DNA of 59,076 nt, the filler included, from Bipalium vagum (taxonomy: Eukaryota), in assembly GCA_037834085.1 (NCBI GenBank). It is 3 parts of 3 records of this genome, joined end to end, with 100 filler letters (N's around TTAATTAATTAA, not from the genome) between each part and the next. Parts side by side here need not be neighbours in the genome. Positions count along the whole stretch, not along the records: positions 1 to 19,162 come from JBBMKC010008800.1; 2 more parts are not named here. One strand, written 5' to 3'. Every line of letters starts with the position of its first letter. Within the stretch, counting starts at the first letter, position 1. Under the pieces are notes generated by a model. It worked only from the letters and a program-made list of their open reading frames with translations, was not told the origin of the DNA and did no database searches. Made by a program: the position numbers and the translations under genes. Below, piece after piece: positions 1 to 12,739 of this stretch.

Positions 1-61
1 TTTATTTATTTATTTAATTTAAATTAATTAAAATTGTAAAAGAGCTTAGTATTTCAAACAA

Positions 62-236
62 CAGTAATCCGAAACTTTTAAAAATTATTAGTAATTAAAT
101 TCAAAAAAGAGCTTTCCGATTGATGATCATGAAGTTTCGGATTAATGAATCAAATTTGTTTGGAAACGTTCGAAAATTAACGAAATAAATAATTTTTTTC
201 GGACTATGAAGTTTTCGGATTAATGAAGGTTAACTG
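62..236. mobile_element. Terminal remnant of a pogo/Tigger-like DNA transposon
   Basis: Ends in ...ttcggattaatgaaggttaactg|ta (reverse complement TA-CAGTTAACCTTCATTAATCCGAA, a pogo-type CAGT terminus). A subterminal motif ttcgga(t/c)ta(a)tgaa recurs near 137, 198 and 214. Confidence 0.4.
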
Positions 237-1249
237 TAATCAAATAAATAAAATTTATTAAAACGTGCGTATATTAATTATAATAAATATATATATATTT
301 TTTGTCAAAAGGATCTAATATTGAGAATGGCAAAGCTATATTGCCAATATTAGATAAGGGTCCGAGAGGAGAAACCGATTTGGAATTAATGATCTAAAAA
401 GGGAATTGACATTTCTTAATAAAACTGGGCAACGACTGAATAGTCGTTTGACAATAATGAAATTAATGGAATTGGAATCCGCAGTGGATTACTATAAAAT
501 TCTTTGAAGAAAACCACAGTCGAAGTAATGTTTGAGTTGAACTATGAAAAAAATGAAGAGAACTACGAGACTATTGGGAAAAGCTGTGAAAAGATAGAAG
601 AGAACTACATTAGAAAAAAATCTAATTTTAATTTGTACATCACGCTTTATACCTCAAGTATGCGACAGGAGGTTACAATGGGTCCTCTGCTGTTAAGGCT
701 TTTCTAATCGAACTAAAGCTCAGAAAATGACCCCTTGGACCTGTCATCTACAGGATCGGTGAGAGTTGTTGTTATTGTTTTTTTTCTTCTCATTTAAAAT
801 TAAAATTTGATTCTATTTATTAATTGACATGTTATTGAAAAAAAATCAATTGATATTATTTGATTGATTTATAATTGTTATCCTTTATTTTTGTTTTTGT
901 AGCACTTTTGAGACATTTAATGTGTAAGATTACCGTTGTAATTGTGATAATTGAAATAAAGTGTTATTCGTCGTTGTTTTAATTCATTTGCGAACACGTT
1001 TCAATAAATTTGAAGTTTACGAGTTAAGTGTTACGACAAGGTTTCACAGTAATTTAATAGCGTACCATATGCAAAAAATTGTAATCCGAATTAATTAAAA
1101 ATTTTAAATTGAATATTAATTTAAGTCTATATTCGATGTTTTAATGAATCCCATCACTTAAATTACTTGCAACATTATTTAAACATTGTTTTCATAAAAT
1201 AAAAAATTTTATATTTTTTGCTACATAAAAGAAATTTATTTTAGACACA

Positions 1250-1876
1250 ATGTTAAAATGAAATCAAGCAGAAATTATTAAATTTATAGAAAATCTAGAA
1301 GAAAGAGGAAATAAGATTGGTTTCAAATCAATATTGGAGAAATTTGGAATTAAAGCTCCATCTTTATGGGTTTTTGTTAAAGCCTGAAAATCGTAAAAAG
1401 TAAAAATTTTAATTAAGGCATAACATGTGCTTTTAAAATAGAAAAAGTGTCACCATAGATTAACATCAAAAGCACTATTAACATGGTTCTCTCATACCTA
1501 ACATTGCAATAAATGGTGATCAATTGAAAGAAAAGGCAAATGAATTAATAAAAGAATTAAAAGAAGGTGAAGCACACAGAGCAATTGATATGAATTTGAT
1601 AAATCCGTGGAAAGCACAACATTTCATTACAATTCAAAAAATTTGGTGTAATTCTTCTGTTCGCGGAAAAAGTATTCTGGTAAGATCTTGGATCTGACAA
1701 ATGATGCGGGAAAAATGATAAAAACCAGGTAAACGTCTATGCTGTCGTTTATTAATAAAAATTAATTCAATTTTTGGACTTTTTAGTTTATAAAATCAAA
1801 TTTGTCCAATCCGAAAATCGTGTAATTCAAATATTTTTTAAAAATCAGAGGAATTCGGATAAGGCAAACTCTACTT
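1250..1876 (+). mobile_element. Degenerate pogo/Tigger (CENP-B-like HTH) transposase remnant
   Basis: Broken frames give QAEIIKFIENLE...ILEKFGI and TWFSH...NIAINGDQLKEKANELIKEL, which resemble the CENP-B/Tc5 HTH. A TIR-like end ttcggataaggcaaactctact lies at about 1855-1876. Confidence 0.45.
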
Positions 1877-2572
1877 TATACATACATCACTCAATGATCG
1901 AATCAAACAAATCAAAATGAACTTGATCCTTAAATTAATTAAGTATTATTATTTTAAATATGGGTCTTCTGATGTATCGTATATAAAGATAATAATAATT
2001 TATTTTCAAGACAAGTTATATTGTAAGATGTGTGATACTTCTGTTTAGTATGATAAGAAATATTATGTGCATGCTCATCGGAAATGTAAGAGGTATTAGA
2101 TGTATATTGATTTTTGGCATCTTTTGTAAAGGTAAGAAGCATAGTATTTAAAAGTTATTACCAAAAATAAAAATGTGTTGATTTTTTTGAATGAGTGGAC
2201 AATTCGTTGGACCAAGTTTTATATTACACTTTTTAATGTACACCTTTAATAATTGTATTTACCTTTCTATATTTAACATTGAAAGCGATATCTGACATAT
2301 ATAATCACCACCTTTCAAGTAACGATGCACAATTGGGTTTCACTCATTATTTGATATTGCCATTGATTTATCAATTTTTCCATTATTGATAAAGTTTTAG
2401 AAAATTTTTATTACAAATTACAGATAACCTCCTTTCAATTACCAATTTTGAGATAGACCACAAATACGGTAAATTTGAGGGAGTGGTAAATTAGACGGTA
2501 AGCAGTGTGATTACCTAATCCTTTTGATAATTAAAAAAACTCCATAATAAATAGAAATAAGACTAATACGGA

Positions 2573-3030
2573 TCAAATTTTATCAAAATAATCGCTAATA
2601 AAACAATTTAGTTTTGTGAAATATATAAATTTCTCAACGTGTCTCAGTGCATCACAACTAAGGACATTTGGTTGATTTCCTAAGAATTTTGTCCCTTTTT
2701 CATAGGAAAGAATAACTTCTTCAAAATTAGAACTTGATTCAATTTCAGAATCAGACTCTTCTATTCTTATGTATTGCTGCAATTTTCAAAGCTTTTTCTT
2801 CACTTAATTTTTCATTATAGCATACTCCTTGTGTTTCCAGCATTTCAAACCAGAGTTAATTTCTCGTCGATGAATTTGAAATTTAAGCTTACAACAATTT
2901 TTGGCATTATTTTGCACATTAACCCTTTTGGAAAATGTTCCGGCCAATTATGTATATATCTCATTGAAGAAGGATTGAAAATATCGAACAATTTCTGCTT
3001 TTCCCTTTATTGATATTGATTTATTCATGA
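2573..3030 (-). mobile_element. Degenerate pogo/Tigger-like transposase remnant
   Basis: Minus-strand pieces MNKSISIKGKAEIVRYF and WFEMLETQGVCYNEKLSEEKALKIAA fit the CENP-B-like HTH pattern, with stops and frameshifts. An acidic tail segment follows (ORF 2573-2782). Confidence 0.45.
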
Positions 3031-3236
3031 AAACGAAGTAATTTAAAAGTATTTCTAAAGGTATTTACTTAATAAAAGTTATAAAAAAAGCACTTCAAAA
3101 TTAATATTTAAACAAATATAATGGTATACTCTAGGGGGTTTGAGTCTAATTTATTGAATTTTTTATTTAGTGTTAAATTTTAGAGGGTGCTCAAAATAAG
3201 GATGGGTTGACTGTAACAACATGAAACTAAAACTTT

Positions 3237-3237
<1 letters not shown>

Positions 3238-3312
<75 letters not shown>
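3238..3312. repeat. (ATT)n microsatellite
   Basis: Direct run of att units; explains the poly-Ile ORF 3163-3345. Confidence 0.97.
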
Positions 3313-3369
3313 CATAAAGTTCACCATAATTAATTTACTACACAATTTAACTGTAAAGATTTTAATAAG

Positions 3370-4417
3370 TTATTCAATGACCCTTTGCAGAACTTTATGA
3401 CAATTCATATGTCCCAAGTTTTCGGCAAATGTTAATGGACACCCGAAATTCTAAAATAAAATATTTTTAAAATCTCAGAAGAATGATTCTTTCACTTTAT
3501 GGTTGAGTCCAACAAGTTTGATATCTTTTGAAAGGAATTTGACCATATTTGGATCATTCTCACACACAGCCGTTAGTAAGTTGGATATATTTGCCTTCAT
3601 CCCATATATATAGACAATCAATAAAAATAGAAAAACGGAATCTTACATCCTTTCTGTCTTTCATCAACAACTCCCTTTCCAATAGCACTTGTTTAATTCG
3701 ATGGTGACATTTCTCCTTAGCAATGTTTTTCACCCTTTTCCACGTCTACAAGAAACAAACTCAAGACAACGTTAACTCTTCAAAACAAGTTGGTCGCTAA
3801 CCTCACTGTCATCAATACTTTTCTTCAGGATTTCATTAATAAAGCCACAACGTCCGTTCGAAACAGCAACTTCCATAAACGAAGAATTGTTCTATACCAA
3901 TATTAATCCTAATAATAATAATAATAACTGAGGAACCGGTACGAATTCTCGTGGACGGTTAATTACTTCGGCGCAACAAGTCAAATAAAATCCCTCTTCG
4001 TGATTGTCTCTGATGGATTTATATAAGATAATCTGAAAAGACCTCATTTGATTGAAAGGTATATTTAGTCAAAGAACCTCTTGCCAAAGTTGACACTTTT
4101 TTATTTCAGTATTCAATTCCATTGCAACTTTCACTAATTGAACTTCCTGCAATTCAATGGGTAAATTAATGAAATATTTTCATAAAAATGGTACCACGTT
4201 ATCAATTGGTTTATCTAAAATATATGTCATGATATTCTGGGCTCTGTTTTCCAAAATCATCTCGACCCAACTTTGTCCATTCTGAAAAATACGATTAATG
4301 ATTGATAATTTCAGGTCTCAATTTAGAAAGAACTTCATTTTCTGTCAACATCAGAATTTGAGGCCTGTAACATTTAGAAAAGGTTTCCACGTCTTTGTTT
4401 ACGATGGATTCAGAAAT
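3370..4417 (-). CDS. Ankyrin gene A, 3' part: eight exons encoding divergent ankyrin-like repeats
   Basis: Exons 4334-4417, 4195-4281, 4078-4146, 3943-4032, 3802-3891, 3647-3745, 3496-3594 and 3370-3450 are joined by phase-0 GT-AG introns of 45-56 nt. They give one open frame: ISESIVNKDVETFSKC...SWVEMILENRAQNIMTYILDKPID...IILYKSIRDNHEEGF...SSFMEVAVSNGRCGFINEILKK...NLLTAVCENDPNMVKFLS...GCPLTFAENLGHMNCHKVLQRVIE*. The structure is mirrored by the paralog at 17153-18168. Confidence 0.85.
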
Positions 4418-5177
4418 CTGAAAATGAGATGTCAATTGAATTGTTTTTAATCTTAATGGGAATTTTATAATGTTGACCGTTCTTTCTTAGATAATGAAGA
4501 AGCTTAATCGGGGTAACAATCAATTGACAGTCAAAAGGACGAAATATTCGGCTTGAAAAAGAAGTTTCAAATTATACTTGAAATGGTCTAGATGCAATAT
4601 GGTGCAAAAAGTTATATTCTTATTAGAAAATATTTCACTTCGACCTAAATAGTGTAAGAACCTGATTGCAGTAGATAAAGAGTCAATGAACGATCAATGT
4701 GCTCTGTTGCGGAATTCCAGTAATCACAAGGAATCCCGTTTTTCATAAAGAGGTGAATAAGAACACTGGGCGGCCGATATATAATTTACTTATTCGGTAG
4801 ACATGAAATACTAAGTCATCACTGATCATTACTATTTGACATTTGCAGAGGAATCATCTTGCTTAGGTTCACTAATAATAATAATAATAATAGTCGAGAT
4901 ATTAATTAAGTTTTGGTTTGTGACAAATGAAATGTTCAATGACATGATTAATAGAAAAAAAACATGATTATCATGTATAGTTACGTGTTTGAGCACATAT
5001 AGTAGAAGCAGAATTAATAGGGACAACATAATTAAATTGGTTTTTATTATTTCTTTATTATAAGGTATTTTATATTTGTTTATATTTGTTAATTTGTTTA
5101 AGTAATTGTATTTTTAAAAATCGATAATTAAATACATTTTCAAAATTGATAGCTTGTAATGTTGGATGTCCTTGAAT

Positions 5178-6170
5178 ATGGATACTAACATAGTAAAACG
5201 TGCTGAAGTAAAAGCTTTGTTTGATGATGGCTTATCAAAGAATGATATTCAATGCCAGTTAAAAATATACATAAATTTTTCAAACATAAATCACTTGGTG
5301 ATACCTTAGAAGAAAACCTGATCAGTATAAAGTCCATCAATTGGGAAATGCGAACGAAAACCAAAGCTTTCCAGTCCAGATATTAGAAATTTAATTTGCG
5401 AAAGCAAGTAAATCCTCAGTGGACAGTTAAAAATAATAATCTAGGGTTGCCTATCATTTCTAGAAGGTACATGAATGATGTATTAATTTTCAAAGGTCGC
5501 ACATGCATCAAAGCATCTCATAAACAATTTTTGTCACAATTACAAATGGATACAACAATTTAAAGATGGAACGGAATTAGATTGGCGAAAAGTCATATAT
5601 TTTCAGATGAAACGTGCATTTTAGTGAATATTGGAAACAAACAGTCTCATCAAAAAATCAGTAGATGAACGAATTACTAACAAGCATGTAATAAAACAAA
5701 CAGTCAAATTCCCTTTAAAAGTTAGGTTTTGCTTTGGTATGTCTCGATAGGGTCTTGGGTGCATATCAATAGTAAATGGTAGATTTAATGGAGCTCAGTA
5801 TTGCGAAAATATAATAAACTGCCAGTTAATTAATAAAGCTAAACATAGGTATAAAGCTGGGCAATGGATCTATCAACAAAATGACGCACCCTATTATACT
5901 GCAAAAAACACAATGTCATCTTAATAAAATTAGTCTTTTACCCATTATAATCGCCTGAGATGAATCCCATCGAGAATATTTCGTCCATTCTAAAGAAAAA
6001 GGCCTGTAATCTCAATCCTACACCCAAAAAACGAATTAATAACTTCCGTCCTCAAAGTTTGGAGGACAGATCTTGACATTGGTGATTTTTGTAAAATGTC
6101 GATCGATAGTATGCCACGTGAAATCAAAGGCTTAATGAGTACTAAAGGTCAAAGTTATCAAAAACATCAT
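5178..6170 (+). mobile_element. Degenerate Tc1-family transposase
   Basis: Motifs in order with stops and frameshifts: MDTNIVKRAEVKALFDDGLSKNDIQ (HTH), DWRKVI-FSDET, QTVKFPLKV, WIYQQNDAPYYTAK, SPEMNPIENI. TIRs not resolved. Confidence 0.85.
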
Positions 6171-6919
6171 AACACATTTATCTGCTTGTTGTTTGTAAAT
6201 AATGTTGATTGTATTTGTAAATTTGAAGTCTTTTTAAATAGTTCTGTCGGATTTCTTTTTTCCTCATGATCACGGAAGGTTACTTAATGCTTAATAGTGC
6301 GTTTTTTCGAGATTGGAAAATGACTTGTCTGCTATAATAGCCTAGTCAATATCTAGTAGTGAAAAATGTATGAAACCATCCATGGACTACCAAGCGAACT
6401 ATCGATTTTTGGTGCAAAGTAATTTCAGGACAAGAGAATTACGCCCATTGCGCTGAACGTTTCATGTTATTATAGAGAACTCATTTTAATTACTTATTAT
6501 CATAAGACTTATAAAAGGATTTCTTTCATATGAATCAGTAAAGATTTGCAAATTATAGGCCGTTTATTTTTTGTGATTGTTCAATGAGTAACATGTTCCT
6601 GGATCTATTTAACTATATAAATGCCTTCAAAAATTTCGCAATTGTCCTTTGATTAACAATGAATGCTTCGTAAGATCCACCCGGTTTAATTCAATTCAAT
6701 TCCACCTCTGTAAATTGGCGCTCTATTATTTAGTTGAGAAGGGATGAAAAGAGAACATTTCTGATGGAGATGAAGAGAGGACGATGCAGCAGCTGCTGCC
6801 CGAGACCAAAAAGGAAGGGTTTTAGGTATTAATGAGGAAACGCATTGAAATTTGGACTCAGATCCTTAACTGGATTGGATAATAAAATTATTACTACTAA
6901 CACTAATAATAATAATCAC

Positions 6920-9414
6920 CTGTTTTTTAATTTGAAGTTCTTCAAGAAGCATTACAATTCTATCCCTATCCCATAGTTTAGCTACATCTAATGGTGTTCG
7001 TCCTACCTAAGTAAACAAAAATGTTGGTGCTGCAAAATAATCTTAAAAATAAAATAGAATCGAAATTATACTTTATTTGGATATATTTCCTTTACCTATA
7101 TCTTTATTCTTTATAAATAAAAATGTTCCTTTGTACAAAATATTAAATCTTCAAAAATTCTTCACCGATTGCTCTGAAATTTTGGTACATCCTTGTATTC
7201 GACTAAGTCCGTTTTCAATATATTCATATTCGATTGGCAAGAAAGGTCGTGTGCTTTGTAATATTGGAATTTGTAAATCGAATTTTCATTAATTAACACT
7301 TCAGTTCTTGTTTAAATAAAGTAACAGTCTAACGCGATAATTAAAATATCATTATGTAAAAACAAAATGACATTTTCGTCATATTTGGTGGTTTTATTTT
7401 GAAAAAGGTAAGTATTATATTATTTATAAATATAATAATACTTTTAAAAGTTAAGCGAGCGTCGGATGCACATAGGAAAACTTGTAAAGTGTATGCTTTG
7501 TCAACACGAATAGGTCAAAAATGGTTCGCCAAATGCAGTTGTGGAGAGTACAAAGCACCCGGCTCCGGACGTCCATCTCACATTGATTCAAACGCTATCA
7601 AATCTCTTATCGGAAAATTGCAATAATACTAAAGGCATCGCATATAACAGTAGAAAATACTCTGCACAATCTTGGATTCGTATTGAGACTCAATATCTGG
7701 GTGCAGCATAAATTCACGGAGGCCCACTTATTTATTTATTTTATCAATATGTGATTCACTTCTGAAACGGCAGGAAAACCATCCATTCTTAAGGTAACTG
7801 GTTATCAGTGATGAAAAATGGGTTGTCTATTACAATGTGGTCCGCAAAATGGCGTTAGTAGTTTTGGTGAACCACCAAAGGCAGGAATGTACACTAAGAA
7901 GACCACGCTTTTTGTTTGGTGGGATTTTAAAGATGTAATTTGTTACGAGCTGCTGCCCTCATCTTGCCAAACAATTAATTTCGGATATGTAGTGATCCAA
8001 ATTGACAATGGTGAATAATAAAATCCTTGGGTTGCATGTTTGGCCTCATTCTCCATATTCAACGGATGTGGCTGAACAGAATATCATTTGTTCCGGTCGT
8101 TGCAGAAATCTTTGAACGGAAAAACATTAAATGACGATGAGTGCGTCAGAAGGCACATTGAAACTTTTTGCCAAACAACCCCAGGAGTTCTACGAACGGT
8201 CGTATCATGAATTTGTCGGAAAGATGGTGAAAGATTATTAATAATAATGGTAAGCATAATTGTCAAAAAATATTTTGATTTTATCTTTTCATTAAAAAGC
8301 ACAAGAACTTTCGTGCCAACCCAAAATTATTTTACAGATGTCACACCAGTGATAAGCTTTCACTAAACGAGGCTGATCCATAACAATACACAATACTGTT
8401 TTCAAACTTTCAATTGAGTTAGAACCCAAAGTTTAATGAAAGCCCAACACAGATGATCTCGACAATGCATCATCAATATCATGTTACTGTGCGGTTTCGT
8501 TGTGGAAACCATCTTGTTTCATCTAATTTTTTTTCTCTTCCAAATTTTTTCCAAAAAGGTAAAACAAATATGACACGATTTTCTATTTCTTCTTTTTTGA
8601 TCATTTAAGCCCATAAATAACACAAAACATGGTTCTGTATTTCACTTTCAACAGAAATTAAATCTAAAAAAAATAAATTAACAAAATGTGAGCAAGGTCA
8701 ATTTAAAATTTTGTTTTAATAATACACATTGATTGGCGATTTAAAATTTTCGCTAATTTTAAATTTCTCCTCACCGTACGAATAATGAAGAAATGAGAAT
8801 TAAATGTCAGTGTGAATATTTATTACAGATTTTCAAAGTTAAATCAATTTTTGACTCACTTCATTTTTTCCATAGATCTCACACCCATGATCAATCAAAA
8901 ATGTGACAATGTCAAAACGATCTTTTTCACAGGCCCAATGGATTGGACGATTTCCCTTAAGAATGTAATTTGAAGTGAATCATTTTATCAAAAAAATCGA
9001 TAAACAATTACTTTGCTGTCTTCACAATTGATATTTGCTTTCTGCTCAATCAATTTATTCACTATTTTTAACTGACCCCTTTCACAAGCATGGTGAAGCA
9101 TGGTTTTATTCTGGAAAGAAGCAAACAAATCAGAATTTTTTTCGACGTTAAGAGATATTTTTACATCTTTATCTGTTTTATGAATATTGAGGCCTGCAGT
9201 AATTAGTTCGTTCAATACTTCATCGTATCCCTTGCAACATGCATAAAAACCCGGTGTCCATTTCTAAAGATAGACAGAACGATAGACTTTTTCGAAAACA
9301 TCCATAGTTTTTTACATTTATGTTTTCACAATTAACATCACAACCAGATTTAATTAATTTTTTCACTTCTTCGATTTTTCCCAAGGAACAGTAAAAATGG
9401 AGTGGTTCATCTCC
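6920..9414 (-). CDS. Ankyrin-repeat exons, probably the 5' part of gene A
   Basis: Three 99-nt phase-0 exons: 9316-9414 (GDEPLHFYCSLGKIEEVKKLIKSGCDVNCENIN), 9165-9263 (KWTPGFYACCKGYDEVLNELITAGLNIHKTDKD) and 9012-9110 (NKTMLHHACERGQLKIVNKLIEQKANINCEDSK). After a 2-kb transposon-filled intron comes 6920-7006 (VGRTPLDVAKLWDRDRIVMLLEELQIKKQ). The start codon and the link to 3370-4417 are not resolved. Confidence 0.88.
7229..8324 (+). mobile_element. Decayed mariner element inside an intron of gene A
   Basis: Imperfect TIRs ttcgattggcaagaaaggtcgtgtgcttt and aaagcacaagaactttcgtgccaacccaa. Transposase pieces include WFAK...GSGRPS, SDEKWVVYYNVVRK, LFVWWDFKDVICYELL and HSPYSTDVA...YHLFRSLQKSLNGK. Confidence 0.9.
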
Positions 9415-9676
9415 CTAAAAAATCATAATCATCTTAGAAAATTTGAAATAACTTCACAATTCAATATAACATTACTGTTCTACTTTATCAAGATTTGAAA
9501 CACTTGTTCAGATGACATTTCCATAACCGGAAAACATTACACTAAGCCAATAGATTTTCATTTATTCGTGTGGTTCATCAATAATGTTTGTGCGATCTCT
9601 TTAAGTCAGCCAAATATATACTGGGACTGATGTTTAGGTAGAGAAAATATATAACTGTTTTAAGCATTTAAAGACA

Positions 9677-10048
9677 ATGGAAAGTGCAAAAGTTGAAAAC
9701 AATACTGACACAACGATAGTTATCATTAAGACATCTTAAGAAATCCGATATTTTGACTTGATGGATGAAAATTAGTCTTTAGACGAGGAAATTGATGAAA
9801 TTAATCACGAATCATCTGATTCCAATCCAGGAAATATTTTAGAATCAGTTAACGAGATTGAAGAAGAATTAGAAGAGGTAGATCAGGAACTTTACGACAC
9901 TTTCAATTTATCTTTAAAACACATTGACGATTACATAAGCCAACAAATGGACGAAATCGATTTGAATTTCAAAAAAGAATTCCTGATATATAATCAAAGA
10001 AGCAGGCTAAGTCAACTAGTGACAAATGGATTTAGCATATTTTATTGA
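9677..10048 (+). CDS. Putative 104-aa acidic protein, two exons
   Basis: ATG at 9677, exon 9677-9718, a 57-nt phase-0 GT-AG intron (9719-9775) that removes both in-frame stops, then exon 9776-10048 (SLDEEIDEINHESS...ESVNEIEEELEEVDQELYD...GFSIFY*). AATAAA sits at 10051. Confidence 0.6.
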
Positions 10049-10115
10049 AAAATAAATGTTATTTATTTTATAATTTTATTCCATTATTGGCCACAAATTA
10101 GCCAAGTCCAAAAAT

Positions 10116-10576
10116 GGCAATTAAGAGAACATTTACTGTATTTTGTCGTGACACTCGGAGCTATTGCATTCCCTAAAATATCCATCAGGTCATTGAACAT
10201 TTGATAATCGATTTTCATTTCTGAAATATTACCGAACACATCTGTTTAAACAATCATTATCAATAGAAAATTTAATTGATCTGCTTCTAATTTTCAATAT
10301 TTATTAATTAATCCCAAAAAAAATAATATATAAAGAAATCGAAATTAGAATAAATTTTAAGTTAAAATTATAAAAAATATATATCAATAATAACAATATT
10401 AATAAATCTGTGAAAAAGCTTACTAAATAATTTGTTTTGAATTTTAGCGAATCTTCCTTGTTAATTTTATTCTTAATATCTTCAAAATTTCTTTCTAACA
10501 GTGGCTCTTCAGAAAACTGAGCAGGAGGATTGTCAGGTAAAAGATAATCGGTTATCTTTGTTAACTGTTTTCTCAT
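10116..10576 (-). CDS. Possible small two-exon gene of unknown product
   Basis: MRKQLTKITDYLLPDNPPAQFSEEPLLERNF...TNYL is followed by a gtaagc donor. A downstream acceptor at about 10242 precedes coding-like DVFGNISEMKIDYQMFNDLMDILG..., but the phases do not join cleanly. Confidence 0.3.
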
Positions 10577-12124
10577 TACAATAAAGAATAATTATTACAA
10601 CTAATATTTGAAAATGTTGTTGTATATATTCCGTAAATTAAAACAACAATTGTTTATGTTTATTAACATTGTCCATTTATCTATAAAAAATAATTTTTTT
10701 TTATTATAATTTGAAAAGATAAAGAAATAATTTCTTGAAAAAAGAAGACAATATAAATAACATATATTATTTATTGAAACTCATTTAAAAATGAACTCTA
10801 GTTAAAGATTTTACAAAATAAAAATAATAAAATTATATATGTAAATATTTTTATTAAAATTTAATATTTAATAAAAGGAAAAAAACTAAACAGAATTGTA
10901 TTTAAAAATCCATTTAATTAAAAAAAATTATAAATTATATACACTGGGTTGGCTAATAAGTGATTACCTATTTCTATATGGTATTTTTGGATCCCATTCA
11001 TATAGCTGCAGGATGTTGTTTTTGTTTTAAATGATTAATTTAATCTCAAAGTAATATTAATTTTTAGCTTTACTTTTGTAACTATTTAAATTTAACGAAA
11101 CTAATCGATATTAAGATTGTTGACCTCCCATAAAATACTCCGCTAATTGAAAAATTAACTCTGTAATTCTGGATTCTAAAATATATGTATAACATAAGAA
11201 ATATTACATTTATAAATATTATATTAACCTTGACAAAAGATATAAACATTCAACCAAACGTATTCAAATATATAAAAAATTTATCTAGACAATTTATTAT
11301 ATAAATATTTAAGTATTAAATATTTATCGTTGTTTAAATCAATCTCTTTTAGATTTTTTATTTAAAATTACCAGAAAAATATAGAATATGACAATTTTCA
11401 TTATCACAACGTTCTGCTTACTTAGTTCAGAAAAGGGTTAAATGCAGCTTGAGAGCAATACGAGCAGAAATCAAAAAATTATTTGATCCTCGGGTCCTGG
11501 CCTGAATATTTATTTAATATATTTTGAAATTAAACTTATTTGTACTTTGTTTCAATTATGAAACAAGTGTGCAATTTGATAATAATGTCAATGAGAATAT
11601 TGATACTTTAAAAACTTTGTTTTAGGTCTAAAAAAATTATCTATTTTGATAAATTAAAATAAATTCCGATTTTCATTTGACAAATCAATATCATTATTCT
11701 GATCGATTGCAAAAAGGTGAATATTATTGATTTCTTATTGCGATTAATAATTATCGATTTTTAAGAAAAGTTGACAATTTTAAGAAATCTCTGCTAAAAG
11801 GGGATCTTCGGGAAATGGAAAATAATTTGGAAAAATGTTTTATTGAATTAATAATTGACGATTCTCTTGTCAGTGATATTTCCGTCTTTGATTAATTAAT
11901 TAATGATGATTGACGAATATCTATTTGAATAGCATTATAAACTTTGATTTATATTTTTTATATTATTATTTATTTTTATTATTTATTATTATTATTACAA
12001 TGGTTGTCAAGTTTAGGTTAAAAACATTAAACTTTTATATCTTAAAAGTATTTATAATATAATTTTATTATTTTTATTTATGTAAGCCTGAAAAGAGTAA
12101 AGAGTCTTATTTTGATATGTTTAG

Positions 12125-12660
12125 GAAACAAGGCCAGTCCATATTGCATGTGAAAATAACCACGTGAGCACATTGAAATTATTAATCGAACGAAAATGCA
12201 ATATTGAAATTGAAGACAAAATTGTAAGTTATTTCTAATGTTCCAAGGAAAAGTGCAAATATTTATTGTAGCAATGCAGACCCATTCATTATGCATGTCG
12301 AAATGGTCACTTGGAAATAACGAAGAAATTGATTGACGAAAAAGTTGATTTTGAGAGTGAAGACAAAGACGTAATTCATGTTAGGTAGTGGAGTAAAAGT
12401 TAAAGATTTTGTTTTCCTGTTCAGAAATGGAGACCCATTCATTATTCGTGTCGGAATGGACATGTTGAAATAACAAAATTATTGATTGACCACAAATGCG
12501 ATATTGAATGTGAAAATAAAAAAGTATTTTAACATCATTGATGAAGAAAATAAAAGCCATTTTGATTTTACAGAAATGGAGACCAATTCATTATGCATGT
12601 TGGAATAGTCACACGGAAATAGTGAAATTTTTTGTCGCAAAGAACGAATATCTTTCCTAA
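12125..12660 (+). CDS. Four tandem ankyrin-repeat exons; the last ends at an early stop
   Basis: 99-nt phase-0 exons 12125-12223 (ETRPVHIACENNHVSTLKLLIERKCNIEIEDKI), 12272-12370 (QCRPIHYACRNGHLEITKKLIDEKVDFESEDKD) and 12425-12523 (KWRPIHYSCRNGHVEITKLLIDHKCDIECENKK), then 12574-12660 (KWRPIHYACWNSHTEIVKFFVAKNEYLS*). Introns are 48-54 nt GT-AG. Confidence 0.88.
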
Positions 12661-12739
12661 AAAGTTTCTCCTCGGGAACTGAATATTGAGATACGCGGGA
12701 ATCGGTATCACTCAAAATTGTTTCTTTTTAATGTCAATC

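Noticed and set aside
300-780. ORF 504-707 and flanks, possibly the 3' end of a non-LTR retrotransposon (KGPRG..., gtt-rich tail)
   Set aside because: No diagnostic RT motif and too degenerate to support.
898-1038. TGT...ACA segment with AATAAA resembling a solo LTR
   Set aside because: Only about 140 nt, with no target-site duplication and no second copy.
3163-3345. Poly-isoleucine ORF
   Set aside because: Translation of the (ATT)n microsatellite.
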